Shown here one piece after another: positions 17,104 to 26,371 of a DNA stretch of 51,883 nucleotides. The notes under the pieces were generated by a model, which searched no databases, was not told the DNA's origin, and saw only the letters and a list, made by a program, of their open reading frames with translations. The number at the start of each line of letters is the position of its first letter. Positions within the stretch are counted from its first letter, which is position 1. The stretch is taken from the IMG/VR virus record IMGVR_UViG_3300002026_000042, positions 1-51,883 of that record. One strand, written 5' to 3'. Source of the DNA: a virus. Position numbers and translations under genes: made by a program.

Positions 17104-17893
17104 ACAGCATCCCCTTCTCGAAGCACCCCCCGATGTTCAAGTTGAACTTGGTATGCGGCTTGTCAACAAGGTCTATATCAGTGTAGTAGTCATCCGCGTC
17201 GGGCGTCTCCTGCCACCCCGCCCCACCACACTCCTGCCCCTTGTACTCCCCAGCCGTGAACACCACACGGTTCTTGCCAGCAGCCCCGTGAATCACACTG
17301 TCCTGATTCATCATCGTGCCAATATCGTTCAGGTGACTCTCCAGACTCTTCATCGTCGCCTCATCCTTGTGATGAACCATGACTGACTTTTCCGTCTTTT
17401 CCGTCAAGTCGGTGTCATCATGCAGGATCATAAAGCTCGGTTCCTTGCCCCCGTAATGCCCCACCGTCTCCGTGTACGGGATGTTGCGCTTCTCCAACTC
17501 CCCGCGCAACTGCAAATGCCGCTCGTGGAAGAACGGATCATCAGGCTCCATCTGCTTCTCCTTTGGATCCCTAGGATTACGACCTGCGGATAGAATGGAG
17601 AAATGACCCTTTGACAACACATTCTCCAGATCAACGCGTTTCAACTTACGGTGATACTTGTACCCTGACGCTTTGCCAGTCGCCTGCCCAGATGGCGGCT
17701 TTAATCCGTCGTCACCCATCCCGACGTCCTCGTTCGGCTTCTCCTCACTGTACTCGTACTCACCTTTTGAAACCTCCCGACGCCACGTATCCCTGTTCTC
17801 ATTCGGCGGCTCCCACTTCCCCCCGCCGCAAAGAACCCGCCGCGCAATACGTTCAGCCATCGCCACACGCTTATAAACATTTCCAATATCCAT
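17102..17893 (-). CDS. hypothetical protein (263 aa)
   Basis: ATG at 17893 preceded by GGAGGG. No confident motif. Confidence 0.6.
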   Translation of the reverse strand: MDIGNVYKRVAMAERIARRVLCGGGKWEPPNENRDTWRREVSKGEYEYSEEKPNEDVGMGDDGLKPPSGQATGKASGYKYHRKLKRVDLENVLSKGHFSILSAGRNPRDPKEKQMEPDDPFFHERHLQLRGELEKRNIPYTETVGHYGGKEPSFMILHDDTDLTEKTEKSVMVHHKDEATMKSLESHLNDIGTMMNQDSVIHGAAGKNRVVFTAGEYKGQECGGAGWQETPDADDYYTDIDLVDKPHTKFNLNIGGCFEKGML

Positions 17894-17959
17894 CTCTAAA
17901 ACCCTCCTATGCCTATGACGTGATTATCAAAAAACATACACCAGCAATCTCAATCACCA

Positions 17960-18238
17960 TCAATGATTGTTTCCACCGTTCACCGCCACGGGAGTCGCCT
18001 TGTGAACCACACGCCCATTGAACTTGACCCTGAATCCCCATTTTAGGTTTCCCGTGTCTTTCCCATCCACCTCAAGTTCCCTCAGTACCCTGCCAACTGG
18101 AACGATCCACTCTGGCGTCATATCATCAAAACACTTCTCAAGCCCGCTGTAATTAGACCCACGATTATTCATACTCCCCCATAACCTGCATTCGCCCGAA
18201 ATCAAGCACTCTTGCGACAAACAAAAATCGGCTCCCAC
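17960..18238 (-). CDS. hypothetical small protein (70-92 aa, start uncertain)
   Basis: The ORF overlaps the methyltransferase stop if started at 18238. An internal ATG at 18172 would avoid the overlap. Confidence 0.45.
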   Translation of the reverse strand: MGADFCLSQECLISGECRLWGSMNNRGSNYSGLEKCFDDMTPEWIVPVGRVLRELEVDGKDTGNLKWGFRVKFNGRVVHKATPVAVNGGNNH

Positions 18239-20151
18239 TTCTCGCCCCTCCCAAACAAAGAACTAGCCACAAGCCGATGCTCCTTGTAAATACCGTGCCC
18301 CGCCGTAAGATACATCCTAACGTCATCAGCGATATTGTGATCTACCACGTTGGCAATGTTAAGTGCAAAACACCCCCCAACAGACAAGTGCCGCATCGCC
18401 TTCTCTATCAGCGGAAACAGAAACAACTCCTTCCACGCCCCGTAATCCTTATAGCGAAACGCGCTTTGTCTGTCATCGCCCCCATACCACTCCGCATCGA
18501 AATAAGGGGGAGACGTGAATATGAAATCAAACAGCCCACCAACCTCGTAGTCCTCGAATGCCGTGTTGACTATTTTAACCTCTTTCCCATTCCCAACCTT
18601 TGCCGCAAGCCTGTTAAGCCCTGCAACTGTCTCTTTTTCAACCTCCACCCCAACATACTCACTTGCCGCAGAGCAACAAAACCCAAACAATCGTCCGCCC
18701 CACCCCGCACAGGGATCTAAAACGCGTCCCCCAGAAACACAATACCGATCAATTAAAGCCTTCGCAACAACTGGCCTGAAATTGTGAACTCCACCAAATG
18801 TTGCAAGCTCCGCCCGAACCGCAGAATCCGTCACCGACTTCCTATGCTTAATGCAGTCTGTTATCGCATGACGCAACAGCGAATCATCATCGAACACCGC
18901 TATCGGACTCAACTTGCCCTTGCGTTTCGCCGACCAGAACCCTTTGAAAAACGAAAGACACTCTGCACACCCCGCCGTATTGCCAGCAGGAATGTCCGTG
19001 TCAAACTCAAGCCTAGAACCAACAACAGACTGCACCGCCTTTGACACCCCTTCCGCCGTGCTATACGGAAATGAAAACCCAGCACGACGCAAGTGCGCAA
19101 ACACCGTATCGACCCACATGTCCACGTCGCAATCTACAGACAATACATCCCGAGACGCATCAAGCATTACACGCTGATGATTGCACGGGGTACCCCCGAG
19201 ACTAGGCGAAACCTTATACATCATACTTGGGTGCATATGGGGTTTTATCATTTCAAAGAACAGACCCTTGTTTTCAATCACAATGATAGATATGTCGTCC
19301 CGTTCGGCAACTTTAACGTCTAATCCTCGACCATCCATAAACCGCTTGATCCTATCAATATCCTCCCGACAGAATCCTGACGAAATCGTAGGCACCCCAT
19401 CCTTGCACCTGTCAGACAAATGCCCGTCATCCATGTACCAGACAGCAAGAGCCATAGGAGTTAGCATAATCTCAAAACCCACTGGCAACCGCTTCCCGCC
19501 GTCCCCGTAAAACATCTCCTTGAATGGTTGGAACACCCCATGAGAACAAGTATGAAACACATGCCCATAAGCAATCCGACCATCCTCCAGCAGCTTGTCC
19601 TCTCGCCTAATGCGCCCCGAGTACGGGAAAAACACCGCCTGCTTCCATTTCAAATAATCTAGCTGCTCTAAACAGTGCGACTCCTTATACCTTGACGTAC
19701 CCACGCCGCTTATCGCTAAATGTCCATCTCCCAATAATGACCCAAACAAAACGGCCTTCTGTTCTTCAGTCAATGACGATGGGTATGTTGCCTGATTTCG
19801 ATCCGACTTGCCAACCACAGGAATCCCGAACTCACCCCTAATCGTCTTGATCAACATCCTGCTACAACCAAACATCTTAGCCAGTTTGCTTTCTCCCGTT
19901 TGCCAATACATCTCTTCAAACTCACCACGGGTCAGACTGCGAATGTCACGCAGCCCAGAACGACAGGCCCGCCTCGATATCCGATCCCTTGCCGATATGG
20001 TTCCAATACCATATTTTCGACGATAATACGATACCGCGACATCACTTATTCCGTGTATGTCCCCAATCTCCCGATCAGACAATAATTGTTCAACATACAA
20101 CGACTCAATAACATCCTTTGTCAGATCATGCTCTTTATGCGTTTTCTTCAT
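18202..20151 (-). CDS. fusion ORF: two HTH repeats + double-motif LAGLIDADG homing endonuclease + SAM-dependent (SPPY) DNA methyltransferase
   Basis: ATG at 20151 lies 7 nt after AAGGAG. The upstream 63 tracked codons are intergenic and contain a promoter and terminator. HTH-like LSDREIGDIHGISDVAVSYYRRKYGI and ESKLAKMFGCSRMLIKTIRGEFGI. LAGLIDADG motifs LFGSLLGDGHL and LAVWYMDDGHL. Methyltransferase motif I RVLDPCAGWGGRLFG and motif IV FDFIFTSPPYF. Confidence 0.75.
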   Translation of the reverse strand: MKKTHKEHDLTKDVIESLYVEQLLSDREIGDIHGISDVAVSYYRRKYGIGTISARDRISRRACRSGLRDIRSLTRGEFEEMYWQTGESKLAKMFGCSRMLIKTIRGEFGIPVVGKSDRNQATYPSSLTEEQKAVLFGSLLGDGHLAISGVGTSRYKESHCLEQLDYLKWKQAVFFPYSGRIRREDKLLEDGRIAYGHVFHTCSHGVFQPFKEMFYGDGGKRLPVGFEIMLTPMALAVWYMDDGHLSDRCKDGVPTISSGFCREDIDRIKRFMDGRGLDVKVAERDDISIIVIENKGLFFEMIKPHMHPSMMYKVSPSLGGTPCNHQRVMLDASRDVLSVDCDVDMWVDTVFAHLRRAGFSFPYSTAEGVSKAVQSVVGSRLEFDTDIPAGNTAGCAECLSFFKGFWSAKRKGKLSPIAVFDDDSLLRHAITDCIKHRKSVTDSAVRAELATFGGVHNFRPVVAKALIDRYCVSGGRVLDPCAGWGGRLFGFCCSAASEYVGVEVEKETVAGLNRLAAKVGNGKEVKIVNTAFEDYEVGGLFDFIFTSPPYFDAEWYGGDDRQSAFRYKDYGAWKELFLFPLIEKAMRHLSVGGCFALNIANVVDHNIADDVRMYLTAGHGIYKEHRLVASSLFGRGEKWEPIFVCRKSA

Positions 20152-20181
20152 AAAATACTCCTTGTTAAACGTATAACTTGC

Positions 20182-20210
20182 ATTTAACCGAAAAACAATC
20201 GGCTTGTCAA
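20182..20210 (-). promoter_or_regulatory. sigma70-type promoter
   Basis: Minus strand TTGACA (20210..20205), a 17-nt spacer, then TTAAAT (20187..20182). Sits about 30 nt upstream of the ATG at 20151 and directly after the capsid terminator. Confidence 0.55.
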
Positions 20211-20291
20211 CTTGTATGTTTCCGAAAAACAAACAAGCAGTAAACCTAAACCAAAGAACACAAGAATAGTATTTCAGACTTTTGAAGAAAG

Positions 20292-20334
20292 CAAACAAAA
20301 ACAAAAAACCCTTGGGAGGTTTATTTCCCAAGGG
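20292..20334 (-). terminator. strong rho-independent terminator after the major capsid gene
   Basis: Minus strand CCCTTGGGA-aataaacc-TCCCAAGGG (9-bp perfect stem) followed by TTTTTTGTTTTTGTTTG. Confidence 0.85.
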
Positions 20335-20365
20335 TCTCAAACGCCTACATTACAGGCATTTACGC

Positions 20366-21229
20366 TTACGGACGCGTTATCTCTATTACTTGAAGTGCGA
20401 AGGGATTATAAGCGCCGATGCCGATTTGCTCGAAGATCGAGAAACCGATCAGACGGTTTTTCGGATCATCAGCAGACAGCACGGTCAGCTCCGTACGCAC
20501 AGGAATGCGACCGAAGAACTCGGGCTCGCCGCAAACGTACACGGTGCCTTCGGGCACGATACGCGACACGATCAGCTTGGCACCCCAGATGGTTGCCATC
20601 AGACCAGTCTTCAGCAGCACTGCCTGGGTCTCGATGTCGAGGGTATCCCGATCCCACTTGCGCAGGTCGGCATAGTCCTTGGCATTCAGGAACACAGAGG
20701 CGACACGCACGTCGGTACGCTCGATGTTGGCAAAAGCATCTGCCAGAGCGTTAGCCGTGAGGTTGCCCATGACGGGAATCACCGGGTTCGGGTTGGTCGG
20801 GTCAGCGGCCAGAGCGTCCATGACGGCGAAGGTCTTGCGATCCTCTTCCGCCTGAATCTCGGCTTTGCCCAGATCCACAGCACGTTCGATCAGATCGAAC
20901 CGACGCTGCTTGATCTCGGTGAGCTGGATCTCGGGGTTCGAGGCGATCTCGAACAGCGGGAACAGCACACGTTTCGGCTTGGCAACCGCGACGATGTTCT
21001 CCCCCTCTTCACCAACGACATACGCCGTGATGTTCGGGTCCTTATCGTAGATCGGCAGGGCTCCATCGGGCAACGCCTCGACAAAGAACGCCTTACGGCC
21101 TACGCTGGAATAGTCACGCCGACGGCGCAACGGCTGAATCATGCTTGCAGCCAAACGCTGACGCCCTGCGGCGGTGCGGATGTGCTGGGAAATGATCTGC
21201 TGACGGGTCTCATTAGTCATCTTGCTCAT
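20366..21229 (-). CDS. major capsid protein, HK97 fold (encapsulin-like, no delta domain)
   Basis: 287 aa. Pattern ...FPLFEIASNPEIQLTEIKQRRFDLIERAVDLGKAEIQAEEDRKTFAVMDAL...FLNAKDYADLRKWDRD...TGLMATIWGAKLIVSRIVPEGTVYVCGEPEFFGRIPVR... is typical of HK97-type coat and encapsulin shell proteins. Sits after scaffold-like genes and before the strongest terminator. Confidence 0.8.
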   Translation of the reverse strand: MSKMTNETRQQIISQHIRTAAGRQRLAASMIQPLRRRRDYSSVGRKAFFVEALPDGALPIYDKDPNITAYVVGEEGENIVAVAKPKRVLFPLFEIASNPEIQLTEIKQRRFDLIERAVDLGKAEIQAEEDRKTFAVMDALAADPTNPNPVIPVMGNLTANALADAFANIERTDVRVASVFLNAKDYADLRKWDRDTLDIETQAVLLKTGLMATIWGAKLIVSRIVPEGTVYVCGEPEFFGRIPVRTELTVLSADDPKNRLIGFSIFEQIGIGAYNPFALQVIEITRP

Positions 21230-21262
21230 GTTCTTATTCTCCTTCTTCGCTTCCGATTACTA

Positions 21263-21769
21263 TCAGAGACGCATATCAACACCCAGAGTGGGCGATGCGG
21301 TTGTTGGGGCCTTGGTGACAACACCAATAACAGTTTTCGGAGCAGTCTCGGAAGACGCTTCGTTCGTCAACAGACCTTGAGCCGAGCTGTAGACGAGATT
21401 GCCAACAGCCCAGACCAGATCGGCACTGTCAGCGGCGTCACGGGTCTCGTACACGTCCACTTCAACCGATGCCATACCCTTCATCACAGCGATCTTGCCA
21501 GATGCAACTGCGGGGCTGTTCTCGAACGCAGCACCAGCGGCGTCGTTCACAAACAGACCAATCGGACGCAATGAAGCGTCACACGGCACAGCCACATAAC
21601 TACCTTCGGTCGGATCAACCGCCGCCACGGAACCACCAAGAACACCACGCGGGGTGTTCACGCTCAGCGTATCGTTCGTGTTCACTCCATAGTTTGCTTT
21701 GGTAAAGCAATCATTGGAAAGAACAGGAATCGAATTAAGCTGGCCACGAATCAGAATCGTCATTGCCAT
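21263..21769 (-). CDS. putative head decoration/auxiliary capsid protein (168 aa)
   Basis: Gly/Ala/Val-rich beta-type protein immediately upstream of the capsid gene. Call is by position and composition only. Confidence 0.4.
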   Translation of the reverse strand: MAMTILIRGQLNSIPVLSNDCFTKANYGVNTNDTLSVNTPRGVLGGSVAAVDPTEGSYVAVPCDASLRPIGLFVNDAAGAAFENSPAVASGKIAVMKGMASVEVDVYETRDAADSADLVWAVGNLVYSSAQGLLTNEASSETAPKTVIGVVTKAPTTASPTLGVDMRL

Positions 21770-21811
21770 TTTCTCTTCTCCTTCTCTCTACTTCCACACG
21801 TTCGGCAACAG

Positions 21812-22840
21812 TTAGAACAGATGGTTCACATCAGGGGCCGATTCCCAGAGCGAACTGAGGTCAACCTTGCCGCCGCGAGACGCGACCTTGGGCTGGCCTC
21901 CCAGTTTCTTAATACCAGCTTTACGGCTCGACGCCTCGACAGCTTTGTCAAGTTCGGCCTCACCCGTGATCGACTCATCGTCGAACAAGGATTCAAGCTG
22001 TTCGTCAGCGATAGCATCGGGTTCCAGCTCGTCGTCAATCGGGCCAGACAGCTCGATATCGGAATCACTGGCACTCTTCTCCTCCACCGACTCGTCGGTT
22101 TCCTCTGCGTCATCCGCAGCGGTCACTTCCGATTCCGTCTCAACGGTCTCATCTTCCGACGCCTTGCAAGCCTCGGTCGTTTCCTCCGCATCATCAGTCT
22201 TTTCATCTTCGCCATCAGCAGCGACCAGCGAGGCAACCTTGGCGGCCATTGCGGTCATCTGCTTCTGCATCGCCAGAAACGCTTCACGCGCCTCGGCGGG
22301 CCAGTTCTGCATCGCCCGATCATTCTGGTCATTCGGGCCTACGGGAGCGTCTTCCGCGTTCTTGACAGCGGCTTCCTTCTCCTCCGTCACAGGCGCAGCT
22401 TCCTCTTCGTCCTCGCTGGCATACAGCTTCTGCGTCTTGGCAAAGCGGTCAAGCGAACGATCAAGGGCTTCGCGATCCAACTCCATAAAGTCGTTGGCCT
22501 GCTCCTCAATCACTTCCTCGTCCACCTTCTCGCCCAGCAACAGAACCGCCAGACGAACCGCCTTGGATGCAGCTACGCGAACGCTGGCCATCGTCGGGCG
22601 ACCCTTGGCGACACGGACACCGAACGGGAACACCGACGCGTCAGGCACGCCGAAACCGATTTCATCACGGGGATTCTCTTTCCAATCGGTGCGCAGATCA
22701 GGCAACTCGTGATTGACCTGCTGCTCAAACGTGTGATACTGCTCCATGTCGGGATCCACCCGATCAGGCTGATTGACATTTCCTGGATAAGGAATGCTCA
22801 TATCCGCCGCCCGTTTCGTCAGTCGAACTCTATTGCTCAT
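21812..22840 (-). CDS. acidic scaffold-like protein (342 aa)
   Basis: Long Glu/Asp/Ala-rich helical region. C-terminal ...ASSRKAGIKKLGGQPKVASRGGKVDLSS. Sits in the classical scaffold position. Confidence 0.5.
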   Translation of the reverse strand: MSNRVRLTKRAADMSIPYPGNVNQPDRVDPDMEQYHTFEQQVNHELPDLRTDWKENPRDEIGFGVPDASVFPFGVRVAKGRPTMASVRVAASKAVRLAVLLLGEKVDEEVIEEQANDFMELDREALDRSLDRFAKTQKLYASEDEEEAAPVTEEKEAAVKNAEDAPVGPNDQNDRAMQNWPAEAREAFLAMQKQMTAMAAKVASLVAADGEDEKTDDAEETTEACKASEDETVETESEVTAADDAEETDESVEEKSASDSDIELSGPIDDELEPDAIADEQLESLFDDESITGEAELDKAVEASSRKAGIKKLGGQPKVASRGGKVDLSSLWESAPDVNHLF

Positions 22841-22876
22841 CTTATAACTCCCACTTCCCAGTCTTGTTTCGACTGA

Positions 22877-23482
22877 TTACCGAACCTGCTTGATTTTGGC
22901 ATCCACTGCATCAGCGATGCGATCAATACGACACGCCAGCTTGACGCGCCCCGTCTTTTCGAGATAGCTCGCAACGCGGTCAAGGCGAGCGGAGGCTTCA
23001 CGCATCTTCGCCACATACGCCTTCTTGCCAACGCTGAGCATCGAGTCATGCGTCTTGGACTGCGTACCCTTAGTCACCCCGAGAACTTCGCTAAGGGAAT
23101 CCTGCGAGATCTGCTCCTCCACGCCGTCAGGATCGACTTCGCTGGCTTCGACTTCATCGTCAAACCCATCCAGATCAATGTCCTCAGCAGCTTCTACATC
23201 AGTGTCGTCCTCTTCGGCGTCATCTGCGTCGTCTTCGTCGTCATCATCAGAGGCAAGCGTTTCGAGATCAAACATGTCTTCCTCGCCCTCGACTTCGTCC
23301 TCGGCAAGCTCCACGTCGTCAATCCCGAACTCATCCTCGGAATCAAGATCTTCCAGCTCCGCCATGCGGGCTTCCATATCCTTGACCGCATCCACTTCAA
23401 CCTCATCCGCAGCCTTACGCCGCAGCTTGCTTTCCAGCATCGCTACTCGGCGCGACAACCGACCGATGTTTCCAACACTCAT
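22877..23482 (-). CDS. highly acidic protein (201 aa), scaffold-like or DNA-mimic-like
   Basis: ATG at 23482 after AAGGAG. Contains runs such as DDDDEDDADDAEEDDTD. N-terminal coiled-coil segment (GRLSRRVAMLESKLRRKA). Confidence 0.5.
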   Translation of the reverse strand: MSVGNIGRLSRRVAMLESKLRRKAADEVEVDAVKDMEARMAELEDLDSEDEFGIDDVELAEDEVEGEEDMFDLETLASDDDDEDDADDAEEDDTDVEAAEDIDLDGFDDEVEASEVDPDGVEEQISQDSLSEVLGVTKGTQSKTHDSMLSVGKKAYVAKMREASARLDRVASYLEKTGRVKLACRIDRIADAVDAKIKQVR

Positions 23483-23581
23483 GTCTAACTCCTTCTGTCA
23501 ATTGACAAACCCATTCGGGGTACACACCCCATAGCTATGTCTAATGTGAAAATATAAAAAAATTATTAAACCCGAATTAAA

Positions 23582-24583
23582 TCAAAATCTAATCTGCTGG
23601 GCAGCCACCCGACCAATTAGATGCTCCCGACTTAAACGGGCCATTTGACGACGGGCAACCTTGAGAACCATCATCCCCGCCTTGTCGGCGACACGCAACT
23701 TGAATATATCATCAACACACGCATGCAAGGACGTTATAGACGAAGCGGCACGTGCTATATGCTCGGGAACCTCGGAGATGTAATGATTTATCTGCGCCCC
23801 CTCGAACGCGGGCCGCTCCACCCAGCTCGCCTCAATGAATTGAACCGACTTCGGATCAGCAACCATAACCCCGTTCTTCTTGACCATCCGACCGCACAAT
23901 TCCGACGTCACCCGAATCTGACCCTGCTTGTCAGTGTACTTGTTCAGCAATTGATTCTGGATGTGGTCACAGCTAACCTCGTTATCCCCGAACACCTTTC
24001 CGCACCGAGAACATTGAACCCAGTCGCAGAGGCAACCCATTGACAGGCAGTTTGTCACCCCAGACTCAATATCTGCCACAAGGTCTTTATGCTTGCGATC
24101 AGTCGCAATCAATAGGTCCACATAGAAAACATTAGCCTTGTTTCCCTTGCCATCAGAATAAACAATAGGTCTTGCAACTGCATCCAAAATCTTACCCTTG
24201 GATAACGATTCTATCTGAACATGTTCGAGGAAATTATCCCCGCCGATGAACGTCTTGAACGTAGCAAGCAGAACATCATTAGACCAAGCATTGCCGTTGT
24301 TGTTCACGAGATCATTGCAGGCAACCTTGATCGTATGTCCATCAGGTTCAACCTCGACGGAGCTGACAATGGAAACATGAGTGAATAGAAACCGCTCTGG
24401 CGTATATGCAGACCAGTCAGTATCAATACGACGGGCAACGCGAACCCTGTTACCACCCGACGCAATCCGCTTCCACTCGTCCCTAGGATTTACAAGCACA
24501 GTAGCATAAGGCAGATCAAAGCTGACGCTCATCGCACCCGCCTTTGCCTGACACCCCGACGTTGTACACCTACGATCACTCAT
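23582..24583 (-). CDS. putative prohead protease / head-morphogenesis protein (333 aa)
   Basis: Located between the cargo-like genes and the scaffold-like genes. Weak XkdF/S78-like pattern (NNNGNAWSNDVL...GGDNFLEHVQIESLSKGKILDAV) plus a Cys cluster (CDWVQCSRCG...CDH). Start chosen at the ATG 6 nt after AAGGGAG. Confidence 0.3.
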   Translation of the reverse strand: MSDRRCTTSGCQAKAGAMSVSFDLPYATVLVNPRDEWKRIASGGNRVRVARRIDTDWSAYTPERFLFTHVSIVSSVEVEPDGHTIKVACNDLVNNNGNAWSNDVLLATFKTFIGGDNFLEHVQIESLSKGKILDAVARPIVYSDGKGNKANVFYVDLLIATDRKHKDLVADIESGVTNCLSMGCLCDWVQCSRCGKVFGDNEVSCDHIQNQLLNKYTDKQGQIRVTSELCGRMVKKNGVMVADPKSVQFIEASWVERPAFEGAQINHYISEVPEHIARAASSITSLHACVDDIFKLRVADKAGMMVLKVARRQMARLSREHLIGRVAAQQIRF

Positions 24584-24667
24584 GGACATCTCCCTTACTA
24601 GGGAACCTGCGCGGGGTTTTACCCCCGCGCCATCCCTCCGCTGCAACGCGAACTGCGATTCCTGTCT

Positions 24668-26371
24668 TTAGCCACGAATGTACTTGGCTTCTTCGTAGCC
24701 CTTGCCAACCTTCAAACTCTTGTGCGCTTCCATCGCCCTGATAGCCTTCGGCCACTCCGTCACCTCTGGAACCTTGAATCCCTTCAGGGTCAAGTTGTAG
24801 TGCCGCTCGATGTTGTTGATCTTACCCGAGCAGTTCCACGAAGAATAGACCGTTTCGCCATTCTCAATGGTACGGCTGAAGATCACGTAGTAGTGGTACT
24901 TGTTGGAGTTGACCCCAGTCCGCTCGCCGCCATGATCAAGGAAGGTGTAGTAGGAGGAGTGTTCGCGCTTGAGATCGTTGGGCTGAACGCCAAGGTCATC
25001 CGCCGCACGCTTCGCCATCATCACCTTCAACCGTGGGGCAAACGATGTAAGCGAATCCTGAATCGAGTTCAGGCGATTAACTTGGATCCCCTCGATGATC
25101 GAGTCCCACGGGGCCGCTTGCAGCAGCTTGGCAACCCGAACCAGTTCACTAGCAACCCGACGCATCATAACCCGATCATTCATTCCCGCAATCTTCCTGC
25201 TGCTTGTCTTAACGTCCTCGTCATCCGATAGTGCCGACAGAACAATGTCAAAATCCTGCGGGCTCATCTTCTTGATCCTCTCCTGCGCTGCCTTGAATGC
25301 CTCTGGGCTATCGTAGCTTGCTGGATTCATCATCTTGATGAAGTCGGCTTTCAATTGCGCGGGATTGCGACCATTGCCACGTTCTCCAAGAGTCTTTTTG
25401 AAAACCGCCATCTCGGCAATCTCGGTGTCGTCCTCGTAAAGGTCATTCTTTTCCAGAACAGGTTTTGCCTTCGGGGAAACCTTTGTCTTGACCTTGACTG
25501 GCTTCTTGGCCTCCTGCGCCTCTTGCGAATATCTTAATATATTCGCTGTCGCGGAATAGCTGTCGTACAGATCCTGCGCCGCCGCACGCACCGACTCTGG
25601 CAACTCGCTGCTTTTCGCCATGTTGTTAAGTTCATTCGTGCTTATGTCTGACGACCCCTGTCCCTGTAGGAACCTGATTATCTTGGCCGACAAACCCTTG
25701 ATCCTTTCCCGCGATGCTGATTCAAACTCCTTCGCAGCCGCCTGCAACGCTTCTGGAGAATCAGATTTAGCATGGGTCTTCAAAGCCTTCTCGAACCCCG
25801 CCGTAGTCTGCCCCATCTCCCTCAACCCGCTTGCGTCAGCCGTTGACGGATGATTGTTCGCGGGATGATCCTGCGGGTCGGAAACGCCACTGGAATAAAC
25901 AGTATCAGAATCAAGCCCCTTGTCCTTGATCACCTTGTCGATGTTCTGCTTGATCTTCTTGGCAAGACTCGGATTCGACTTACGGGCAGCCTTGTAGTCA
26001 TCCACCCACTTCGACAGACCATCTGACAACGCTTTCTGGGTATTCTGCTTGGAATCACCAGCGGGCTTTTTCGCATTACCCTGATTGAAATCCGTTATCT
26101 CGTCAACCGACAAGTCTTTCGGATCCTTGCCGTAGAAGTCGCCGATCTCTTTCATCTTCTTGGCGTTATCCCGCTCACGCATCTGGTTGTAAGGATTCTG
26201 GGCCATATCCCGCTGGGGTTTCTCCTGCTTCTTGACGGTGTGCTTTGACTTATCAGCAGCAGGGTGGTCATTCAGATACTTCTTCCTCTGCTCGTCCGTG
26301 TCAAACTCCATCGAAACCCGATTAACCATTGCCTTGCGCAACACCATGCCAGCTATCTTTTTCAAGTCCAT
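24668..26371 (-). CDS. multidomain protein (567 aa) with C-terminal WGR-like domain
   Basis: C-terminus ...NSNKYHYYVIFSRTIENGETVYSSWNCSGKINNIERHYNLT...KAIRAMEAHKSLKVGKGYEE fits the WGR domain pattern. An internal SSRKIAG-MNDRVMMRRVASELVRVAKLLQAA junction lies at aa 390..420. Confidence 0.5.
   Translation of the reverse strand: MDLKKIAGMVLRKAMVNRVSMEFDTDEQRKKYLNDHPAADKSKHTVKKQEKPQRDMAQNPYNQMRERDNAKKMKEIGDFYGKDPKDLSVDEITDFNQGNAKKPAGDSKQNTQKALSDGLSKWVDDYKAARKSNPSLAKKIKQNIDKVIKDKGLDSDTVYSSGVSDPQDHPANNHPSTADASGLREMGQTTAGFEKALKTHAKSDSPEALQAAAKEFESASRERIKGLSAKIIRFLQGQGSSDISTNELNNMAKSSELPESVRAAAQDLYDSYSATANILRYSQEAQEAKKPVKVKTKVSPKAKPVLEKNDLYEDDTEIAEMAVFKKTLGERGNGRNPAQLKADFIKMMNPASYDSPEAFKAAQERIKKMSPQDFDIVLSALSDDEDVKTSSRKIAGMNDRVMMRRVASELVRVAKLLQAAPWDSIIEGIQVNRLNSIQDSLTSFAPRLKVMMAKRAADDLGVQPNDLKREHSSYYTFLDHGGERTGVNSNKYHYYVIFSRTIENGETVYSSWNCSGKINNIERHYNLTLKGFKVPEVTEWPKAIRAMEAHKSLKVGKGYEEAKYIRG

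Noticed and set aside
20152-20340. N-terminal 63 codons of tracked ORF 18202..20340
   Set aside because: This stretch contains the capsid terminator and a TTGACA-17-TTAAAT promoter. A good AAGGAG + ATG lies at 20151, and the translated extension (FLFLFAFFKSLKYY...) is not protein-like.
20282-21574. 430-aa plus-strand ORF. The same applies to the other long plus-strand ORFs: 21821..22876, 30864..31919, 13862..14812, 45769..46575 and 476..1351.
   Set aside because: They lie exactly antisense to minus-strand genes with clear protein-family motifs (capsid, scaffold-like, SprT-like, radical SAM, terminase). Their translations are low-complexity and Arg/Pro/His/Leu-rich, with no SD. They are typical shadow ORFs of a one-strand genome.
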